64,000 bases of DNA. Source: a virus. The DNA lies in IMG/VR virus record IMGVR_UViG_3300020187_003193; one strand, given 5' to 3'. Position 1 is the stretch's first letter. Every line of letters begins with the position of its first letter. Shown here one piece after another: positions 35,735-45,902 of this stretch. Position numbers and translations under genes: made by a program. The notes under the pieces were generated by a model. The model did no database searches. It worked only from the letters and a program-made list of their open reading frames with translations, and was not told the origin of the DNA.

Positions 35735-36664
35735 ATGGTAAACAATGTTTTATTAGGGCTGGTTAATTCAATACTAGGGAGGGGTTCCGCTACGGCTAGA
35801 GGTAACCATTCTTACCATTGTCCCTTTTGTAATCATAAAAATCCAAAACTCGAGGTTAATCTTATACCAAATAAGAAAAACGAAAACCCTTGGCACTGTT
35901 GGGTTTGCGATACAAAAGGTAAAACATTACACACTTTATTTAAACGTTTAAAGGTAGCACCTGAAAAGTATGCTCAATTAAACGAAATACTAGGTACAAC
36001 AGTCAAATACGAAACGTTAGTACAAGACATTAAAGTTGAACTTCCTAAAGAATATAAGCCTCTATACAATATATCTAAATCGGATTTAACAGCACGTCAT
36101 GCGCTAGTATACTTGAAGAATCGCGGTTTAACTGCGATGGATATACTAAAATACAGAATTGGGTACTGCGAATCAGGTCGATTTGCTAACAAAATTATAG
36201 TACCTACATACAATTCAGAAGGTAACTTAGATTATTTTGTAGCACGTTCATTCGAGAAAGATCCATCTAGAAAGTACGATGCGCCTGTATCCGATAAGAA
36301 TATTATAGGATTTGAAGACATGATAAACTGGAATGTTCCTATCATACTATGTGAAGGGGCATTTGACGCTATAGCAATAAAACGAAATGCTATACCATTG
36401 TTTGGTAAAAATATTTCGGAAAAACTAATGAAAAAACTTGTTACAACTAGTGTAAATAAAGTATACCTAGCCTTAGATCAAGACGCTATCAAAGCGACTT
36501 ACAAAATAGCGGAAAAGCTACTCAAAGCAGGTAAAAAACTATTTGTAATAGAACTCGAGGACAAAGACCCATCCGATATGGGATTTGTCCACTTTACTAA
36601 TAAGGTCCAGGAAGCACAACCATTTACATTTCCAGACTTATTCAAACTTAAACTATCGTTATGA
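35735..36664 (+). CDS. DNA primase
   Basis: CPFC..WHCWVC Zn finger; YL..RG; TOPRIM LCEGAFDA...LALDQDA...KDPSD. Confidence 0.9.
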   Translation: MVNNVLLGLVNSILGRGSATARGNHSYHCPFCNHKNPKLEVNLIPNKKNENPWHCWVCDTKGKTLHTLFKRLKVAPEKYAQLNEILGTTVKYETLVQDIKVELPKEYKPLYNISKSDLTARHALVYLKNRGLTAMDILKYRIGYCESGRFANKIIVPTYNSEGNLDYFVARSFEKDPSRKYDAPVSDKNIIGFEDMINWNVPIILCEGAFDAIAIKRNAIPLFGKNISEKLMKKLVTTSVNKVYLALDQDAIKATYKIAEKLLKAGKKLFVIELEDKDPSDMGFVHFTNKVQEAQPFTFPDLFKLKLSL

Positions 36665-37425
36665 TATTAAGGAAAGCAATATTCCCTAAACAGGAATACA
36701 ATAAGAATTTTACCCAAATTACTACAAATGATTCTCGTTTTTACGAGGATGGAGACGTAACCTACCCATCAGTAACTTACGTTTTATCTTACTACCCAAA
36801 AGGAAAGTATTTTGAAGATTGGCTTAAAAAAGTAGGATATTCCGCAGACTACATTGTTAGAAAAGCAGCAGATGAAGGTACACAAGTACACAACTTAGCT
36901 GAACGTTACCTATTAGGTGAGGAAATCAAATTAATGAAAGACGGAAAACCCCAATACGACTTAGGAGTATGGAAAATGTTTTTACGTTTTGTAGATTTCT
37001 GGGAAACTAGTGGTGCTGAATTACTTGAAACCGAAATATTCTTATATTCAGAAACACTTAAAATAGCAGGTACTTGTGATATAGTATGTAAAATCGATGG
37101 TGAATTATGGGTTATAGATTTAAAAACATCTAACCATTTACAAACCACATACGATTTACAAACAGCCATTTACTCAAGATGTTTCGAAGAATGTTACGAG
37201 CAAAAAGTAGATCGTGTAGGTGTATTGTGGTTAAAATCAAAATCCAGAGGTGAAGACAAATCAGGTAAAAAATTAAAAGGTAAAAATTGGGAGATATACG
37301 AATCTTCTCGTTCAATAGACGAAAACCTAGAAATATATTCCCACGTACGCGCTTTGTTTGATATAGAAAACCCTGTATTAAAACCTTTATCTCACAAGTA
37401 TCGCACAGTAGCCAAAATGAAATGA
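36661..37425 (+). CDS. PD-(D/E)XK exonuclease (Cas4/lambda-exo-like)
   Basis: YPSVT.VL...GT.VH...E..L..AGTCD......VIDLKTS...Q...Y. Confidence 0.85.
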   Translation: MILRKAIFPKQEYNKNFTQITTNDSRFYEDGDVTYPSVTYVLSYYPKGKYFEDWLKKVGYSADYIVRKAADEGTQVHNLAERYLLGEEIKLMKDGKPQYDLGVWKMFLRFVDFWETSGAELLETEIFLYSETLKIAGTCDIVCKIDGELWVIDLKTSNHLQTTYDLQTAIYSRCFEECYEQKVDRVGVLWLKSKSRGEDKSGKKLKGKNWEIYESSRSIDENLEIYSHVRALFDIENPVLKPLSHKYRTVAKMK

Positions 37426-38096
37426 ATGTAATACCTTCAACTATATTAGATAATTTTTTAGATAATCCCCACGATATTAGAGATTGGGGATTGTCCTTAG
37501 AATACAAACCCGACCCCTATAATAAATGGCCGGGTAAGAGATCTCCCTTTTTACATTTAATAAATCCTGAATTACATAATTACTTAGGAAAAAAAGTAAT
37601 GAATTTATTTTTTGATACACCACCTCTAAATTGGAAGGCAACCATGGAATTCCAACTTATTTCTAATTTAGAAGGAACAGGATGGATACACCAAGACTAC
37701 GCTCAGTTTACATCCCTTTTATATCTTACCCCTGAAAGTGAAGTGAATTGTGGTAGTTCTCTTTATAAACTTAAAAAAGGAAAATATTATCCTTACACTT
37801 CTCCCCAAGAACAAGAAATAAATAATTTAAGACTTAACCATTATAAAACCCAAAAATTACCTAACAATATATCTGAGTTAAAAAATGAATATGAAGAAAC
37901 CACATATGAAAAGGTAATGGATGTTAAAGATAAGTACAATCGTTTATTTATGTTTTCATCTAATGAGTTTCATGCCGCTAATTATTATTCTCCTTCAAAT
38001 GGTGAAGATAGATTAACATTAGTTATGTTTTTTGAAGATATATTACACCCAAAGGGGTTGCCTGTTTTTAGATCTAAGCAAACTACTATGCTATAA
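37422..38096 (+). CDS. 2OG-Fe(II) oxygenase-like protein
   Basis: LDNFL..P...WPG.R; GWIHQD...LLYLTP; YNRL.MF....FHA. Confidence 0.7.
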   Translation: MNVIPSTILDNFLDNPHDIRDWGLSLEYKPDPYNKWPGKRSPFLHLINPELHNYLGKKVMNLFFDTPPLNWKATMEFQLISNLEGTGWIHQDYAQFTSLLYLTPESEVNCGSSLYKLKKGKYYPYTSPQEQEINNLRLNHYKTQKLPNNISELKNEYEETTYEKVMDVKDKYNRLFMFSSNEFHAANYYSPSNGEDRLTLVMFFEDILHPKGLPVFRSKQTTML

Positions 38097-38098
38097 AT

Positions 38099-38130
38099 GT
38101 TGGCTTCCTCACTTATTCTTCGTATATTTA
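38099..38130 (+). promoter_or_regulatory. Hybrid early/late promoter motif
   Basis: GTTG-N20-TATATTTA, continuing as ATATTTATA. Confidence 0.55.
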
Positions 38131-38146
38131 TATGTAAAGTATAAGT

Positions 38147-38947
38147 ATGATCAAATTACGACATATAATCTTAGAGCAATCAACCAACCCGAAGGCTCTC
38201 ATTCTTGCTGGTTCTCCTGGAGCCGGCAAGTCTTCGTTTATCGAAGGTGTAAAAGATGCCATCATATTAAACGTTGACGATTACTACATGCGTAATCTAA
38301 AAGATTTAAATGTATCTTTAGATTTAAGAAACGCTAACGCAGAGGACAGAAGTAAAGCAGCTAAAGCAATGGCGGCAGCAAATGCTGAATTCCGACCTAT
38401 GACCCGTGAAATTATCTTAGGTAAAAAGAATTTTATCTTAGACGGTACAGCAGCATCAACAAAACCTACCTTAGCTTTAAAACAACAACTTGAAGAACTC
38501 GGATACGATGTACTAATGGTATATGTATTTGCTTCACTAGAAAAAGCATTAGATAGAAACGATACACGATTTGATCGCTCGGGTGGAAAAGACAGAAGTT
38601 TAGCACCTGCTATTGTACTTCGTACTTGGAACAATGTAACTCAAAATTTTGATTTGTATCAAAAAGAATTTGGAAACAATTTCGTTTCGGTTGTAAACGA
38701 TAAAGCATTGGAAAAAGGTGAACCTATGAGCTCACTAGAATCTCTAGTAGACAAATACATCACACCATACTCTCCAACAGATACAAAACCTAAAACGGAT
38801 AAAGAAAAAGCGAAATCTGCTGCCTCAAAAGCAGAACTCGAAAAACAAATAAACGACTTTGTAAATTCAAACAAAATAGAAGATATCAAAGCAAGTTCTG
38901 TATCTAAAGACGAGGCAAAATCTCGTGTAAATCAATTCTTCTCATGA
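38147..38947 (+). CDS. P-loop kinase (zeta-toxin/AAA_33-like)
   Basis: LILAGSPGAGKS...LNVDD...FILDGT...RN..R. Confidence 0.8.
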   Translation: MIKLRHIILEQSTNPKALILAGSPGAGKSSFIEGVKDAIILNVDDYYMRNLKDLNVSLDLRNANAEDRSKAAKAMAAANAEFRPMTREIILGKKNFILDGTAASTKPTLALKQQLEELGYDVLMVYVFASLEKALDRNDTRFDRSGGKDRSLAPAIVLRTWNNVTQNFDLYQKEFGNNFVSVVNDKALEKGEPMSSLESLVDKYITPYSPTDTKPKTDKEKAKSAASKAELEKQINDFVNSNKIEDIKASSVSKDEAKSRVNQFFS

Positions 38948-40470
38948 ATCCAGAACAAATAGGTAAGCAAATAGCCGAACGTCTGCTTATGGAGAACTTT
39001 ACAGAAAAAGTATCTCTATACCCAGGAGCATTCAAACCACCCCACAGAGGACACGTTTCAATAGCACTAGATTCATTAGAAACAGATACAGACAAGCTGA
39101 TATTATTCATATCTACTAAAGCTAGGGAAGATGTCGAAGTAGAAGAAGCCCTTAAAGCATGGGAACTATACAAGGAAAGCACACCTGGTTTAGAGAGGAT
39201 GGAAATTGTGCCAACTCCTACTCCGGTTAAAGACGTATACGATTACGTTAAGAACAATCCTACCCATGATATAAAGGCTGTCTTCGGTAAAGGCGAAGAA
39301 GAACGCTACACTTCACTAGCTACAAAATACCCTAACGTTGAAATATTTAACGCAGGTACAGTTGGCAACTACTCAGCCACTGATTTACGTAAAGCAATAC
39401 GTGACAAAAACAAAGAAGTAATAGCTACATTTATTCCAGATGGGGTAAACATAGACGATTTTTTATCTATATTTCAAATACAAGAAAACCTAAACGAAAT
39501 TGGAGATTTATCCCAAGCCCCATATAAATGGTCTTATCTACCAGATAATAGTGATGCACTTAATAAAGAATATAGTTTTACAACAAAAGATTCTAAATAT
39601 ACTGTTGTATTCTATGGTAATGAAGAAGGAAATAATTGGGATTTAGAGTTCCTAGCATCCACAGGCATTGGAGGATCATCAACAAGAACTTTAACTGGTG
39701 GAAATGAACCATTTAAAATAATGTCTACCGTAGTAGATATAGTTAAAGATTTCCTTAAAAAAGCAGATACTCCTATAAAAACTATTTCTTACACCCCTAC
39801 TAAAGGTAAACGAGGAGAAGAAGATGCTAAAGATAACACACGAGCTAAATTATATAAAGCTGTTATCCAAAGACAATTCCCAAAAGCTAAAATATCTGGA
39901 GAAGACGATGTAACAATAGATGTATCTGCATATTCAGGTAATACAAATGAAGAAATTGTAGGTGAAAAAATTGTATGTGATAAATGTGGATGGAAATGGA
40001 AAATAGTAGATGGTGGAGACGATTTGTATATGTGTCATAAATGCGGACACAATAATACCCCACGTAAAAACTACCTACAAGAAGCTAGATACAAAAAATT
40101 CCTAAACGAAGGATGGGACAATTCAAAAGCTAAAGTCATAAACGACTTCTTAGCATATTGTGCCGACTATCTATCTATAACTAGACCTACCATTAAACTG
40201 GTAAATTCGCCAGAGTACACGCAAACCTACCATTCCTTTGGTGGATATATGCCTTCAGAACAAAAGATAATTACTGTTGTACATAACAGAAATATGGCAG
40301 ATATTTTACGTACATTGGCCCACGAAATGGTTCACCATATGCAAAATCTAGATGAACGTTTAACACCTAAATCAGGTGAAGACGGTTCACCAGATGAAAA
40401 CGAAGCAAATTCACTAGCGGGTGTTATAATGAGAGAGTTTGGTAGAAACAACCCACACATATATGAGTAA
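38944..40470 (+). CDS. Multi-domain protein: HxGH nucleotidyltransferase + unknown + Zn ribbon + HExxH metallopeptidase
   Basis: YPGAFKPPHRGH...SATDLR; CDKCGW..MCHKCG; RTLAHEMVHHMQ. Confidence 0.75.
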   Translation: MNPEQIGKQIAERLLMENFTEKVSLYPGAFKPPHRGHVSIALDSLETDTDKLILFISTKAREDVEVEEALKAWELYKESTPGLERMEIVPTPTPVKDVYDYVKNNPTHDIKAVFGKGEEERYTSLATKYPNVEIFNAGTVGNYSATDLRKAIRDKNKEVIATFIPDGVNIDDFLSIFQIQENLNEIGDLSQAPYKWSYLPDNSDALNKEYSFTTKDSKYTVVFYGNEEGNNWDLEFLASTGIGGSSTRTLTGGNEPFKIMSTVVDIVKDFLKKADTPIKTISYTPTKGKRGEEDAKDNTRAKLYKAVIQRQFPKAKISGEDDVTIDVSAYSGNTNEEIVGEKIVCDKCGWKWKIVDGGDDLYMCHKCGHNNTPRKNYLQEARYKKFLNEGWDNSKAKVINDFLAYCADYLSITRPTIKLVNSPEYTQTYHSFGGYMPSEQKIITVVHNRNMADILRTLAHEMVHHMQNLDERLTPKSGEDGSPDENEANSLAGVIMREFGRNNPHIYE

Positions 40471-41008
40471 ATATAGTTTATATAATTTAATGATAGAGGA
40501 CATAAGGAAAGCATACAACGTTTACGTTGATATGGACGGGGTTTTAACAGATTTTGAAAGACGATTTGAACAATTTGCAGGTGTTACACCTGACGAATTC
40601 ATGTCTCAAAAAACAATCGAATTTGGTAAAGACAAAGCAAACGAACAATTTTGGGATTTAATAGACGAGCAAATTGGTGTTCGTTTTTGGGCAGGAATGC
40701 CATGGATGCCTGAAGGAGAAAAACTTTGGAAATATATTAAACCATTCAAACCAACCATTCTGACATCACCTTCCAGAAAGGAATCGTCTAAAATAGGTAA
40801 AGGTGTTTGGATTAAAAGAAACATGTCCGGTACACCATATAAATTTGGGTACAAAGCCTCTGGTAAAGCGAAATATGCTACACCAAATTCAATACTAATA
40901 GACGATAGAGAAGACAATATCGATGCTTGGAAAGCAGCAGGTGGTATTGGTATACTATTCAAATCAACAGAACAAGTTATAAACGAATTAGCAAAAATAG
41001 GGTTATGA
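40463..41008 (+). CDS. HAD-family 5'(3')-deoxyribonucleotidase
   Basis: VYVDMDGVLTDF...ILTSP...K...ILIDDR..NI..W..AGG.GILF. Confidence 0.85.
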   Translation: MSKYSLYNLMIEDIRKAYNVYVDMDGVLTDFERRFEQFAGVTPDEFMSQKTIEFGKDKANEQFWDLIDEQIGVRFWAGMPWMPEGEKLWKYIKPFKPTILTSPSRKESSKIGKGVWIKRNMSGTPYKFGYKASGKAKYATPNSILIDDREDNIDAWKAAGGIGILFKSTEQVINELAKIGL

Positions 41009-41580
41009 GTGAAACTCAATTAAATAGAGAATTTGAGGAAAGAGATATTCAACGTATGCGAAATATCATCAGCGGAAATACTGCTGAAAGAACACGTGTA
41101 CAAGCTGGATACGAAAAACAAAATATAAAACATACAGAGGGTGACGTTTGGGAAGAAAGTGGTAAACAATGGACTATTAAAAACGGTATAAAACAAACCA
41201 TTACCAAACACGATAAAATCAGAGAACTCATTACAATGCCTCTTAAATGTCCATCGTGTGAAAAATCAATGAAACCAACCCCATTAAACAAGAAAATGTG
41301 GGGCGTACATAAAAAATGCTTCGATTGTGTTATCGAAATGGAAACACAATTAAAAATAGAAGGCAAGTACGAACAATACGCGAAAGATTTAATGAACGCA
41401 AATAAAGATGCTTTTGTTAAAGATTACGAGCAAGCAGTAGAAGAATATTCAAATGCTAAAGACGATACATTTATGTCTGAAGCTGGAGATATAGAAAATT
41501 GGAGTGCAAGTAAAGTAAATCCCGAGGTAATTAAAGCCCTCAAAGCAAACATCAAACAATTAAAAGAAACAGAGATATAA
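41005..41580 (+). CDS. Hypothetical protein with CxxC...CxxC Zn ribbon
   Basis: CPSC...KKCFDC; start moved to 41005. Confidence 0.65.
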   Translation: MSETQLNREFEERDIQRMRNIISGNTAERTRVQAGYEKQNIKHTEGDVWEESGKQWTIKNGIKQTITKHDKIRELITMPLKCPSCEKSMKPTPLNKKMWGVHKKCFDCVIEMETQLKIEGKYEQYAKDLMNANKDAFVKDYEQAVEEYSNAKDDTFMSEAGDIENWSASKVNPEVIKALKANIKQLKETEI

Positions 41581-41618
41581 TATCTTTATATATTTATCGT
41601 CATACAATCCAAAATAAA

Positions 41619-42272
41619 ATGAAAAAGCAAGACTTACGTAACTTAATCAAAGAAAACATATCTGATTGGCTAGCTGAAAGAGCAGCTCAAGACGAAGCAA
41701 ACAGCGGAGATATGGCTTACACCGAGAAAGCACCATTAAAAGAAGAAGCAGATACAATTGAAGACCAAATCGGTGAATTTTTTGTAGTAGAAAAAGCTAC
41801 TAAAAATGACGAAAAACCTGAAGATCTTTATTTTAGTACAGACATATTTTACCTTGTTCAACAAATGAAAGGTGGTTTAGAAAAAAGTGGAATTCACGGT
41901 ATCTATAAATCAGAAGGTAAAGCAAAATCTACAGCATCTAAATTACTTAAAGATAGAGACAATCAAGTAAAAGAAACTTACAAGAAAGGTCAAGCCAAAC
42001 TTAAAGAAATGGAAAGCTCACTTGACGAACTTAAAGGCGCTATCGAAAAAAACATGGCGGAAGCGACAGCTAACCCAACAATGCGTGAAACACTACAAAC
42101 AAAATCAAACAGCTTACTTGAAAAACTTACTCAAGTAGAAGCTATGATTGAAAAACTACGTGGTGGTCTTGAAAAAGAAGGACTTAGATTAGAAAAGAAA
42201 AAACCTTCAAAAGATAAAAAAGAAGACAGCAAAAAAGACGAAAAAGCTGACGACAAGAAAGACGATAAATAA
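41619..42272 (+). CDS. Coiled-coil, probable internal head protein
   Basis: MKKQDLRNLIKE; late motif at 41590. Confidence 0.55.
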   Translation: MKKQDLRNLIKENISDWLAERAAQDEANSGDMAYTEKAPLKEEADTIEDQIGEFFVVEKATKNDEKPEDLYFSTDIFYLVQQMKGGLEKSGIHGIYKSEGKAKSTASKLLKDRDNQVKETYKKGQAKLKEMESSLDELKGAIEKNMAEATANPTMRETLQTKSNSLLEKLTQVEAMIEKLRGGLEKEGLRLEKKKPSKDKKEDSKKDEKADDKKDDK

Positions 42273-43234
42273 TGGACAAACTAAAGCTCAGATATTTAAT
42301 CCGAGAGGCTATAGAAAACGTTGCAAATATAACAAGTAAGTTTTCTGTAGGCGATAAAGTTACAACTGTTGACGGTGACATGGCTAAAATAACCATGGCA
42401 GAACATCCATTCTACACTGTAGAATTGGAAGCGACAGGTACAACTAAATCCTTTAGTTTCAAAGACTTAGCTCCTTACGAGGAGAAAGAAATAGCAAAAA
42501 CATCGGAAGGCATTACCCTCAACGAAGGCGTAATTGCCTCTCCTGGTTTAGAATTTCACGCTACAAATAAACTACCACTATCCGAATGTGTATATCGTAT
42601 AGGTTCAACATCATACATTCAGTTTTTCGCTGAAGCACGCGAGCTATTCAACGAAGGTGCTATACGAGTAAACGCGGGAGACAGGCATTTACTGCGCGAA
42701 ACAGATATAGGCGAGTATGGTGTGTATGGTGATAGAAAAGTGCCGTTAGACATACCTTTCATTAACGAAGGTGAAGAAGCATTAGGTATTTACGATGATG
42801 GTAGAGGAAATTCCGCTGCAATTGGATGGACACCTGATGGGTATCTAGCTACAGTAGATGGTGAATACGATTTTCAAATCGGACCTGCTAAAACAGTAGA
42901 AGAGCTAATTAAGATGTTAGCTGATGAAGATTTTACAAATAAAATATTTGAAGCCCAATTTAAAGGCAAAGACGTTCCACTAAACAAACCAAAACGTGGT
43001 GGTTCAAAAGCATATTATGTTTACGTTAAAGACGGAGACAAAGTTAAAAAAGTATCTTTCGGCTCTGGTGGTTTAAGAGCAAAAATTAACAACCCTGAAG
43101 CACGTAGAGCATTCGCTGCACGTCACAATTGCGACAAGAAAAAAGACAGAACATCAGCTGGTTACTGGTCGTGTAATTTACCGCGATACGCAAAAGCACT
43201 CGGTTTAGGATCTAACAAAAATACTTTCTGGTAG
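42272..43234 (+). CDS. Multi-module probable internal head protein
   Basis: MDKLKLRYLIRE; KOW-like KFSVGDKV; C-terminal KKVSFG...FAARHNC...AGYWSC module. Confidence 0.55.
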   Translation: MDKLKLRYLIREAIENVANITSKFSVGDKVTTVDGDMAKITMAEHPFYTVELEATGTTKSFSFKDLAPYEEKEIAKTSEGITLNEGVIASPGLEFHATNKLPLSECVYRIGSTSYIQFFAEARELFNEGAIRVNAGDRHLLRETDIGEYGVYGDRKVPLDIPFINEGEEALGIYDDGRGNSAAIGWTPDGYLATVDGEYDFQIGPAKTVEELIKMLADEDFTNKIFEAQFKGKDVPLNKPKRGGSKAYYVYVKDGDKVKKVSFGSGGLRAKINNPEARRAFAARHNCDKKKDRTSAGYWSCNLPRYAKALGLGSNKNTFW

Positions 43235-43235
43235 G

Positions 43236-43490
43236 ATGGCAACATATAGAGATTACGAATACCTTGGATACCACGTCAGACATTTCCCACACGACACAGA
43301 AAGTGTCGAGCTAGTTTGGCACCGAGATAGGAAAGATCGCTATATAACACCAATAGGAGATACAGATTGGCAAATACAATTCGACAACGAGTTGCCCAGG
43401 CCAATAAACGATTGTATCTTTATACCTGAAGGAAAATATCATAGAGTAATAAAAGGCAATGGTTGTCTAAAAATTCTAATCAATGAATAA
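43236..43490 (+). CDS. Small cupin-like protein
   Basis: LVWHRD..DR.I....DWQIQFDNELP...IFIP.G.YHRVIKG. Confidence 0.6.
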   Translation: MATYRDYEYLGYHVRHFPHDTESVELVWHRDRKDRYITPIGDTDWQIQFDNELPRPINDCIFIPEGKYHRVIKGNGCLKILINE

Positions 43491-44388
43491 AATTAAAATT
43501 GTTAAAAACAAACCAACCGTAAAGGAAAACACACCTGTATCCGTAGGCCTCAACATGGACCAGACAGATGCTGTATATAAAGTCCTAGAAGACAACTTTG
43601 GTGAAGAACATATGAAAGATATGTTCACCTTAGGTAGCTTATCTTTTTACAATATGATGGTTAAAGGAGGTATAGCTGGTGTATTTAACGAAGGAACTAT
43701 AAACGAAGAATCTTATACAGTAGCAGGTAAATCCGTAACCTTAAACAAAGGCCAAAAATCAGATGGAACCGATTGGACTGTTACTTTCCAAAACGGAAAA
43801 GAAACCTCACTATCGGATGTGTTGTCTTTAATTAAACCTTTCCCAAAAGGAATTACAAAAGAAAACCTAAACGAAGACAAAGCAGCTGCTGCTAGATGGT
43901 TTGGTAATTTAAAATCATTTTATTTAAAAGCCTTTAGAGAGTTAAAAGGTGAAGATCAAGCAACATACAAAACACTGATTAAAAATTGGGCTAACGGATT
44001 ATCTGATAATAAAGTAGGTGTTAACGAACAACCAGATGTGCTAAACAAAATAGCAGATATGTTTGATCGCAAATACCCTCACTTATCATTTGACGTTAGA
44101 ACAGACGTAGATCGTATCGATGTTCGTGGTTCACAACAAGATTTATTTAATTTTGGAGACAAATTACATGGTGAAAAAATATTCGACTACGAAGTATTCC
44201 ATATAGATGACGAAGATAGAGGCGAAATTGTCCGTATTATCAAATCAGATAGAATAAACGAAGAAAAACCAGGTTTATGGGCAAACATTCGTGCTAAACA
44301 AGAACGTGGAGAAAAACCTGCACGTAAAGGAAGTAAAGCATATAAAATTGCTAAAAAGGCTGGAGACGAGATCAACAAAGAAAAATAG
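43483..44388 (+). CDS. Multi-module probable internal head protein
   Basis: Modules separated by INE/LNE; C-terminal KPGLWANI.AK..RGEKP. Confidence 0.55.
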   Translation: MNKIKIVKNKPTVKENTPVSVGLNMDQTDAVYKVLEDNFGEEHMKDMFTLGSLSFYNMMVKGGIAGVFNEGTINEESYTVAGKSVTLNKGQKSDGTDWTVTFQNGKETSLSDVLSLIKPFPKGITKENLNEDKAAAARWFGNLKSFYLKAFRELKGEDQATYKTLIKNWANGLSDNKVGVNEQPDVLNKIADMFDRKYPHLSFDVRTDVDRIDVRGSQQDLFNFGDKLHGEKIFDYEVFHIDDEDRGEIVRIIKSDRINEEKPGLWANIRAKQERGEKPARKGSKAYKIAKKAGDEINKEK

Positions 44389-44877
44389 ATGAAAAAGTTA
44401 ATATTCATATTCGCAATATTACTTACATCTTGTAGTTCATTACAACTTCAACTAGCTACAATGAACCATGCCAGCGTACAAAACCACTGGCGTCCTAGAA
44501 CAAATACTGGATTCACATATGTTTTACCATCTACTACTCCTTACACTTGGAACAATTTTACCTACAATAGATTCCTCCAACCCGATCCATTCTTCTATAG
44601 TTGGAACTACCCTCTCAATTGGTACTACCCAAACAACCAATGGTACACATTCAATTATAATAATATTGTTCGCCCTAGGCGTGTTGTACGTAGGGTACCT
44701 AATAGACCACAAACTCAACCAAGACCAACAATCAGGAGACCACGAATAACACCTACAACTCGTACACGTACAATGAATACACAACCTAATGTTCAAAGAC
44801 GTCCTGTACAGACACGTCCACAAACACGTGTATCTACATCAAATATAAGGAGAGGCAAAAGTAACATAAAACAATAA
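44389..44877 (+). CDS. Lipoprotein with aromatic-rich then Arg/Pro/Thr-rich tail
   Basis: MKKLIFIFAILLTS-C lipobox. Confidence 0.7.
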   Translation: MKKLIFIFAILLTSCSSLQLQLATMNHASVQNHWRPRTNTGFTYVLPSTTPYTWNNFTYNRFLQPDPFFYSWNYPLNWYYPNNQWYTFNYNNIVRPRRVVRRVPNRPQTQPRPTIRRPRITPTTRTRTMNTQPNVQRRPVQTRPQTRVSTSNIRRGKSNIKQ

Positions 44878-44900
44878 TATTTATATCAAAATATCATATA

Positions 44901-45902
44901 ATGGATAACTTCAACCTAAAGAACTTCATTAACGAGAACAATCTCGGCGCATACTCTAGAATGAAAGAAGATACAGTAAGCGAACAATCAGCGTTCGTAT
45001 TAGCAGCAGATGCAGCTAGAGATGCTGGTAAAGATGAATTCGAGTTTCCTGAAGGAAGCGGTAAAATGCATAAAGTCAAATTAAAGCAAGACATTCCTGT
45101 AGAGGAAGGTATGGGTGGAGAAATGGCTGAAATATTAGGTGCTTTTCTTGCCTTAGTTGGCGCTGGAAAAACAGCACTCGAAGCCGTTAAAATCTTAGGA
45201 GACGAGCACGGAGACATATCCATTAGCAGTATCAAAGATGCTATCAAGCAATACAAAGCATCTAAAAAGATAGGTGAAGAATTAAGCGACGAAGAAGCAG
45301 ACAAATTCCACACTAAATTAGACAACCTCGTTCACAAAACATTCGGTCCAAGTAGCGACGAAAAAGAAATGAACGAAGAACTTTCAATGAAAGATATCAC
45401 TTCAGGTCAAAGATCATATCAACAAATGAAGCCCTATTTTATAGCAAAAGTAATAGGATTAAAACCCGAAACAGAACAAAAAGCATCTGAGTTAGTTTTA
45501 AAGAAAAGCAAGGCATTCCCAGGTATGACCCAAGTTATAAAAACAGCCAAAACACCAGAGGAAGTAGAAAATGTAGTATTCTTTGATGGATATCCAGATG
45601 AAGACCAAACTATACGCTTCTCAGGATTGGAATATGAACTATATCAAGTTACACCAAATCCTAAAATTGACAGATTAAAAGAAGAAGCTTCCGGATTAGA
45701 ATTTAAAGTAGGAGATAAAGTAACATATCTAGGACACCCAGGTACTATTACAAATGCTGGAACAGATATAATGGATAGACCTATATATAGTGTATCTTAC
45801 AATAAAGGAACAGGCGATACAAAAGTTACCAACGTTTACAATAAAGGTGGTGAAATTAAGCCTATGAAAGAAAATTCACTTAATCTATCAGACGCTCTTT
45901 AA
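44901..45902 (+). CDS. Multi-module probable internal head protein
   Basis: MDNFNLKNFINE; late motif at 44876; C-terminal FKVGDKV KOW-like module. Confidence 0.55.
   Translation: MDNFNLKNFINENNLGAYSRMKEDTVSEQSAFVLAADAARDAGKDEFEFPEGSGKMHKVKLKQDIPVEEGMGGEMAEILGAFLALVGAGKTALEAVKILGDEHGDISISSIKDAIKQYKASKKIGEELSDEEADKFHTKLDNLVHKTFGPSSDEKEMNEELSMKDITSGQRSYQQMKPYFIAKVIGLKPETEQKASELVLKKSKAFPGMTQVIKTAKTPEEVENVVFFDGYPDEDQTIRFSGLEYELYQVTPNPKIDRLKEEASGLEFKVGDKVTYLGHPGTITNAGTDIMDRPIYSVSYNKGTGDTKVTNVYNKGGEIKPMKENSLNLSDAL

Noticed and set aside
36661-37425. Cas4 / CRISPR adaptation role
   Set aside because: Lacks the Cas4 Fe-S cysteines and sits next to primase; a routine phage exonuclease.
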